From Macrostomum lignano (taxonomy: Eukaryota): a DNA stretch of 64,000 nucleotides. The DNA lies in the NCBI GenBank assembly GCA_002269645.1, contig NIVC01000010.1:806001-870000 (forward strand), given 5' to 3'. Position numbers and translations under genes: made by a program. The notes under the pieces were generated by a model, which saw only the letters and a list, made by a program, of their open reading frames with translations, searched no databases and was not told where the DNA came from. Shown piece after piece: positions 58,032 to 64,000 of the stretch (positions within the stretch are counted from its first letter, which is position 1; every line of letters starts with the position of its first letter).

Positions 58032-61000
58032 TCATTGAAACATTTCCGAAAAAGTGGGGTTCCTCTGCGACCGGGCTGGCGGATTGCTAGACTCGCCAAC
58101 ATCGAACAGCTCCTCCTCGAACAGCTCCTTCTCGAACATCTGCTGCAGCAGAGTCTCCACCGATTTCCGGGCTGTATTTGAAATTAAAAAGCAGATACGG
58201 CCGAATGAAAAACAAACAAACAAAGAAACTTATATATAAGACAGTCAAACTCACCTCGCTTCTTGATGTGGAATCTGATTTGGCTTGCAGCTTGCGAGCC
58301 CAGCTCGAACTGTTCCTCAGCATCCTCTTCATCTAGAATTGCTCTAGAAAAGATTTAAGACAGTTTGTTTACGACAAATTTTCAGCAGTAGCTCAACTAT
58401 TATTTATGATTGGCTGTAGTTATTTTGTCTGCTTAGTTTGGCGCTTAGAGGAAAATAATTGCTAGCAAATTGCTCAGTCATCTTCAGTCACGGTTTGCTG
58501 TTTATGGCCCAGCTGACGTTTTTGCCCGCAATTTGACTCGCAATAATTTGGCCATAAACTCAACCTAAACTCAATCCGAGAGTCAACCGGAAAGTCAATA
58601 CAAAATTTAACCGTGGTCGCCTCAAAACTCCACCCGAAACTCAATCCGAAACTCACTCTGAAACAGCTGAGAAGCCCATCTCTTTAATTTTCTGCTCAAT
58701 GTCGCTCTCAAATTTGCTGGCTGAAAGATTGTACTCCAGCAGAAACGCCTCCAGGATGAAGGCTATGAAGATGCTGAAACGTGATTTGACACATTGTTTT
58801 GGTTTTCTTTTTTAAAAAGCAATCTACAGGCATAACAAAAAAAAGAAAAATGGAGGAATACAAATATCAGATAGTGATGACAAAAGCACTTACTTAATTA
58901 CCAAGATCACGCAGATCAGGTGGAAGCTCATAAAGTACAGTCTGGAGAATTTGTTGGTGACCAAAACAAAGCCTTCCGTGATTACTGGAATGAATGTTTT
59001 TAAATTAGCCGGTACATACACAGGACTGGAAGTTTGGGTGTACATTCGGTACAACGATTCATGTCACCAATTAAAATGGACTGTTTATCAACAATTTAAC
59101 AATGGGTATCTTTGTGTGGGTAGATGTAACTATGAGTTTAACAATTCAACAATGATTTAACAATGATTGGGTTCAAGATTTAACAATGTTGTTTATTAAC
59201 AATGGGTATGTGTGTTTATTAACAATGGGTATGTGTGTTTATTAACAATGGGTATGTGTATCTATTAACAATGGGTATGTGTATCTATTAACAATGGGTA
59301 TGTGTGTTTATTAACAATGGGTATGTGTATCTATTAACAATGGGTATGTGTATCTATTAACAATGGGTATGTGTGTCTATTAACAATGGGTATGTGTGTT
59401 TGTTAACAATGGGTATGTGTATCTATTAACAATGGGTATGTGTATCTATTAACAATGGGTATGTGTATCTATTAACAATGGGTATGTGTATCTATTAACA
59501 ATGGGTATGTGTATCTATTAACAATGGGTATGTGTGTCCATTAACAATGGGTATGTGTGTTTATTAACAATGGGTATGTGTATCTATTACCAATGGGTAT
59601 GTGTGTTTATCAACAATGGGTATGTGTGTTTATTAACAATGGGTATGTGTGTTTATTAACAATGGGTATGTGTGTTTATTACCAATGGGTATGTGTGTTT
59701 ATTAACAATGGGTATGTGTGTTTATTAACAATGGGTATGTGTGTTTATTAACAATGGGTATGTGTGTTTATTAACAATGGGTATGTGTGTTTATTAACAA
59801 TGGGTATGTGTGTTTATTAACAATGGGTATGTGTGTTTATTAACAATGGGTATGTGTGTTTATTAACAATGGGTATGTGTGTTTATTAACAATGGGTATG
59901 TGTGTTTATCACTCACCATGCCACTGGTTAACAATCGTCAGCTCAAACAGAGTCACCCAGGCTTTAAGCGGATCGTTGAAGTTGTTGGAGCAGTAGCGCA
60001 TCCGGTAGAACTCCGAATTGTTCAGCGCGTTATTATAGCAGAATTTCGGCGACTGGGCTGTGTACACTTCCGCCCGGATACGGCCTGAGAACAGCTCCAT
60101 TCCAAGCACGCCGTACATGTAGTACAGAACCTGCAACCGTTTGATAAGTGCTCAAAACCCGCGCTTCTAGGGATGCTCGGGAATTTGGTGCTGGCGCCAT
60201 TGGTGAGGGAGGGCAGCGTGGGTCCAGCAACCGAGGATTTGGGAGGCTGATGGCCCAGCAACTGAGGATTTGGGAGGCTGGCCCAGCAACTGAGGATTTG
60301 GGAGGCTGGCCCAGCAACTGAGGATCTGGGAGGCTGGCAAGCAACTGAGCATCTGGGAGGCTGGCCCAGCAACTGAGGATCTGGGAGGCTGGCCCAGCAA
60401 CTGAAGATCTGGGAGGCTGGCCCAGCAACTGAGCATCTGGGAGGCTGGCCCAGCAACTGAGGATTTGGGAGGCTGGCCCATGCAGCAACTGAGGATTTGG
60501 GAGGCTGATGGCCCAGCAACTGAGGATCTCGGAAGCTGGCCCAGCAACTGAGGATCTGGGAGGCTGGCCCAGCAACTGAGCATCTGGGAGGCTGGCCCAG
60601 CAACTGAGCATCTGGGAGGCTGGTCCAGCAACTGAGCATCTGGGAGGCTGGCTGGCCCAGCAACTGAGGATCTGAGGAGGGGCGAGGGCAGCGGTGGCCT
60701 AGCAACTCTGACTCACCCAAACAATGGCTGCATAGACAGACAGAGGCGACCGAATGTTGGCAATGGTTGTGAGAATGACTCGAAATCTGAAAGTTGATTA
60801 TTGAAAATTAAACCTAAAGATTTAAGAACAGCATTGGCACGAAAGGGGATGGGCGATAGCTACCCCATAAAGCAACAGCTCGAATTGTATTCGGCCTTAA
60901 GAAGAAAAGAAAAAAAAACTTTAAAGAAAAAAATTGAGCTCACACAAGCAGCCAAAAACGCTAAGTAGACAGATTGAGACGCAAATTAAAGGGTGACGGC

Positions 61001-63697
61001 GCGGCGCGGAGGCTAAAGCCCACCCCAACCGGCCACCACCCCACGCAGGCAGAGCGAATAGAGAGAACGCACGCAACGTTTCTTTACCTTTGAATTCGGC
61101 CGAAAATGCGCAGCAGGCGAACCACCCTGAGCACCAGAATGATGTCGAGAGTGCCCTCCTCGAGCCGTCCTGATGGCCACGGCGTTATGAATAAAACTAT
61201 TTGGTTTCTGACATCCAAAAATTGAATAAACTAATCAGCTCTCAGCCACTCACTTTCATTGGAAACTTCTTCAAAGAATGTGATCATCAGGGCCGAGAAG
61301 ATCACAACAAAGTCGAAACTTGAAATTTAGTAAAATTTTGGAGAATATCGTAATATACGCATGGTTTAAAGTGCAGATGTGCAACCGACAGCTCAGCCGC
61401 AGCTACTGCGCGGCGCATCTGAAGGCTGCGTACGGCTGTTCAGTCCAAGGACTGGGGGGTCGCGACACACCATCAATTACCCCAGCTAATGCTGGCACCC
61501 ATTTTACATGTACAGCTGGATGAACGGAAGCAATGCAGAGATAAGAAGTGTCTTGCTCAATCAAGGACACAAATTGTTCCGAATGGGTCGAAAATCGAAC
61601 CCCCGACCTTTCATTCGTGAGTCCGATGCTCTAAACACTAGGCTACAACCCTTTTATTGACCATACGATTCTATTATATTATATGCATTGTTTTCGTTAT
61701 CTCTGGCTCTGAGAGCTGATTGGCTGGGCCGTGCAGCTGGCTCACCTCGCTCTCTCTCCCCTGCTGCGTTGTGATTGGCTGGCGTGGGACTAGGGCCGAC
61801 GCTCTGACCACTTAGGCTACAAGTGCATTTGTCCTTCAGATCGACATTAAAGGTGCAAGACCTCTCTCAAACTTGAAATTGACAGATTAGGAGAAATTCA
61901 AAACTCTCACATGTTCCAAGCCCTGCGGAAAAACGCCACTGGCCCCATCACGTAGAGCTTGAGCAGAATCTCGAGCACAAATGCGCCGAGAAAGTACCAT
62001 TCGGTAAAGTTGACGCTGAACGCTATTAAAAATGCGTTCACAACGATTAGCAGGTCGAATGTGTACTTGAAGAACCTTTAATTGGGAAAGGCAAATTTGC
62101 TGGCAGTGAAATTGTACACATTTTGAACTAACTAAATACTCTAAAACTATTTCTAATTCAATTTTCTATACATATCGGCTAATATTAACTAGTAGTTAAG
62201 TTATTCAGGCTCTGAGAACTTCTAAGAATATAAATAATGAGTATCTGCTGCTCGATAATGCAGTGTTACCTGTGCCTAACTATGAACTTGATCAGCTGAC
62301 TGGGAGCAGAGTTGTACACGGTTGGCAGGCAGGACTCCAACAGCAGCGTTCGGTCTTTGAGCTCAGTGACGCCGACATTGAGCAGGTCGGGTAGTCGGGT
62401 GAATTGTGCTTTGGCTGCAATTTATTTTTAGACAGTAAGGGACATAGAGAGGACAGTAAGGGACATAGAGAGGACAGTAAGGGACATAGAGAGGACAGTA
62501 AGGGACATACAGAGGACAGTAAGGGACATAGAGAGGACAGTAAGGGACATAGAGAGGGCAGTAAAGGACATAGAGAGGGCAGTAAGGGACATAGAGAGGA
62601 CAGTAAGGGACATAGAGAGGACAGTAAGGGACATAGAGAGGGCAGTAAGGGACATAGAGAGGGCAGTAAGGGACATAGAGAGGACAGTAAGGGACAAAGA
62701 GAGGACAGTAAGGGACATAAAGAGGACAGTAAGGGACATAGAGAGGACAGTAAGGGACATAGAGAGGGCAGTAAGGGACATAGAGAGGGCAGTAAGGGAC
62801 ATAGAGAGGGCAGTAAGGGACATAGAGAGGACAGTAAGGGACAAAGAGAGGACAGTAAGGGACATGAAGAGGACAGTAAGGGACATAGAGAGGGCAGTAA
62901 GGGACATGAAGAGGACAGTAAGGGACATAGAGAGGGCAGTAAGGGACATGAAGAGGACAGTAAGGGACATAGAGAGGACAGTAAGGGACATGAAGAGGAC
63001 AGTAAGGGACATAGAGAGGGCACTAAGGGACATGAAGAGGACAGTAAGGGACATAGAGAGGGCACTAAGGGACATGAAGAGGACAGTAAGGGACATAGAG
63101 AGGGCACTAAGGGACATAGAGAGGACAGTAAGGGACATAGAGAGGACAGTAAGGGACATGAAGAGGACAGTAAGGGACATGAAGAGGACAGTAATGGACA
63201 TAGAGAGGGCACTAAGGGACATAGAGAGGGCAGTAAGGGACATAGAGAGGTCACTAAGGGACATAGAGAGGGCAGTAAGGGACATAGAGAGGGCACTAAG
63301 GGACATAGAGAGGGCAGTAAGGGACATAGAGAGGGCACTAAGGGACATAGAGAGGGCACTAAGGGACATAGAAGAGGACAGTAAGGGACATAGAGAGGAC
63401 AGTAAGGGACATAGAGGGGCAACACATAAACTTTATAAGAGTTTACGTGGCCCCTCAGTGCCTCACCGGCAAAGCACCTGCTCACTCACTCAGGTAATCG
63501 TTAGTGCCGCCATTGAGCACATTGAGAAAGAGCTGTGCCAACTCTGAACTTTTGTTAGGATAGATAGTTTTAAACAGACGAAACCAAGCGTCCTTAGTTA
63601 CCACGTCGCCAAGGTCTGGAAGGCTGTTGATTTTTAAGCAGTCGAATGCTCTGCCGATCAACCTGCGCTTGATGTGGACGCTGGTTCGGACTTCGCT
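58032..63697 (-). CDS. TPCN3: Two-pore calcium channel, TPC3-like, 3' half; the gene continues beyond the right edge
   Basis: Exons 63697-63490, 62414-62270, 62075-61911, 61318-61254, 61196-61088, 60786-60717, 60130-59917, 58984-58894, 58773-58657, 58343-58255 and 58171-58032, in phase. EF-like linker; IIS4 ILVLRVVRLLRIFGRIQR; GMELF; YCSNNFND; filter FELTIVNQWH (VNQW as in TPC3); IFIAFILEAF. Confidence 0.9.
59190..59910. repeat. Intronic minisatellite, 23-bp unit aacaatgggtatgtgtgtttatt, about 31 copies
   Basis: Starts about 7 nt after the donor of TPC intron 58985-59916. Confidence 0.97.
60222..60680. repeat. Intronic minisatellite, 28-bp unit gatctgggaggctggcccagcaactgag, about 16 copies
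   Basis: TPC intron 60131-60716; same unit and same sense orientation as 1977-2545. Confidence 0.96.
61370..61651 (-). mobile_element. tRNA-derived SINE with CORE-like central block, in a TPC intron
   Basis: Head gggttgtagcctagtgtttagagc...ggttcgattttc (A/B boxes), then gtgtccttg..gcaagacactt...ccagctgtac..aaatgggtgccagc. Confidence 0.8.
62433..63418. repeat. Intronic minisatellite, 21-bp unit agtaagggacatagagaggac, about 47 copies
   Basis: TPC intron 62415-63489; ends about 18 nt from the acceptor. Confidence 0.97.
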
Positions 63698-63774
63698 CTT
63701 GAATTGGGATGGGGCGAATACGGAATGAGCAGTGAGTATGGGGTGACAGATTGACGGTTAATTATCTGAACTTC

Positions 63775-64000
63775 AGGAGCTGGATATAGGGTGAATTGAT
63801 CACGTCAGGAGCTGGATATAGGGTGAATTGATGACGTCAGGAGCTGGATAGGGTGAATTGATCACGTCAGGAGCTGGATAGGGGTGAATTGATCACGTCA
63901 GGAGCTGGATATAGGGTGAATTGATCACGTCAGGAGCTGAATGGGGTGAATTGATCACGTCAGGAGCTGAATGGGGTGAATTGATCACGTCAGGAGCTGG
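63775..64000. repeat. Intronic minisatellite, 30-32-bp unit gagctggatatagggtgaattgatcacgtcag, truncated by the window edge
   Basis: In the TPC intron preceding exon 63697. Confidence 0.93.

Noticed and set aside
61862-61910. Possible short TPC intron ending tttcaag at about 61872
   Set aside because: The following frame hits a stop and lacks TPC similarity; the exon at 61318 continues the protein correctly.
806-63547. Dozens of long repetitive ORFs in the track (e.g. GLKKWHM, PIHKSVV, CWASLPD, CLICVSH, REGKRV, SQPGNPG, EDSKGHR)
   Set aside because: They are translations of tandem arrays, mostly in introns bounded by good splice sites; units lacking stops give open frames on several strands at once.

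Overview
This is animal genomic DNA with spliceosomal introns, GC-rich exons and AT-rich spacers. The style (minisatellite-filled introns, intronless DEG/ENaC gene) suggests a free-living flatworm such as Macrostomum; that is an inference, not a database result. Genes were reconstructed by hand from splice sites and reading phase: GTF3C1-like TFIIIC subunit (minus, runs off the left edge); cyclophilin-RS protein (PPIG-like, 11 exons, about 1353 aa, long coding heptad array); Janus/Ocnus (PHPT1-family) protein; intronless DEG/ENaC channel; small KH-like protein; gephyrin (12 exons, about 665 aa); secreted single-EGF ErbB-type ligand; and the 3' half of a TPC3-like two-pore channel (minus, runs off the right edge). 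Mobile DNA includes a near full-length RTE-like LINE with a TSD and a nested retro-insertion, two Ty3/Gypsy remnants, a DD34D mariner, several MITEs and tRNA-SINEs. The most striking pattern is that 17 of 20 resolved introns over 300 nt owe much of their length to a tandem array, usually with an intron-specific unit and often abutting a splice site. One 28-bp unit occurs in introns of two unrelated genes 58 kb apart, with junctions suggesting microhomology-mediated insertion into a 55-nt intron. Copies of shared repeat families also differ sharply in C-to-T decay by location. Most long ORFs in the supplied track are artefacts of the tandem arrays.
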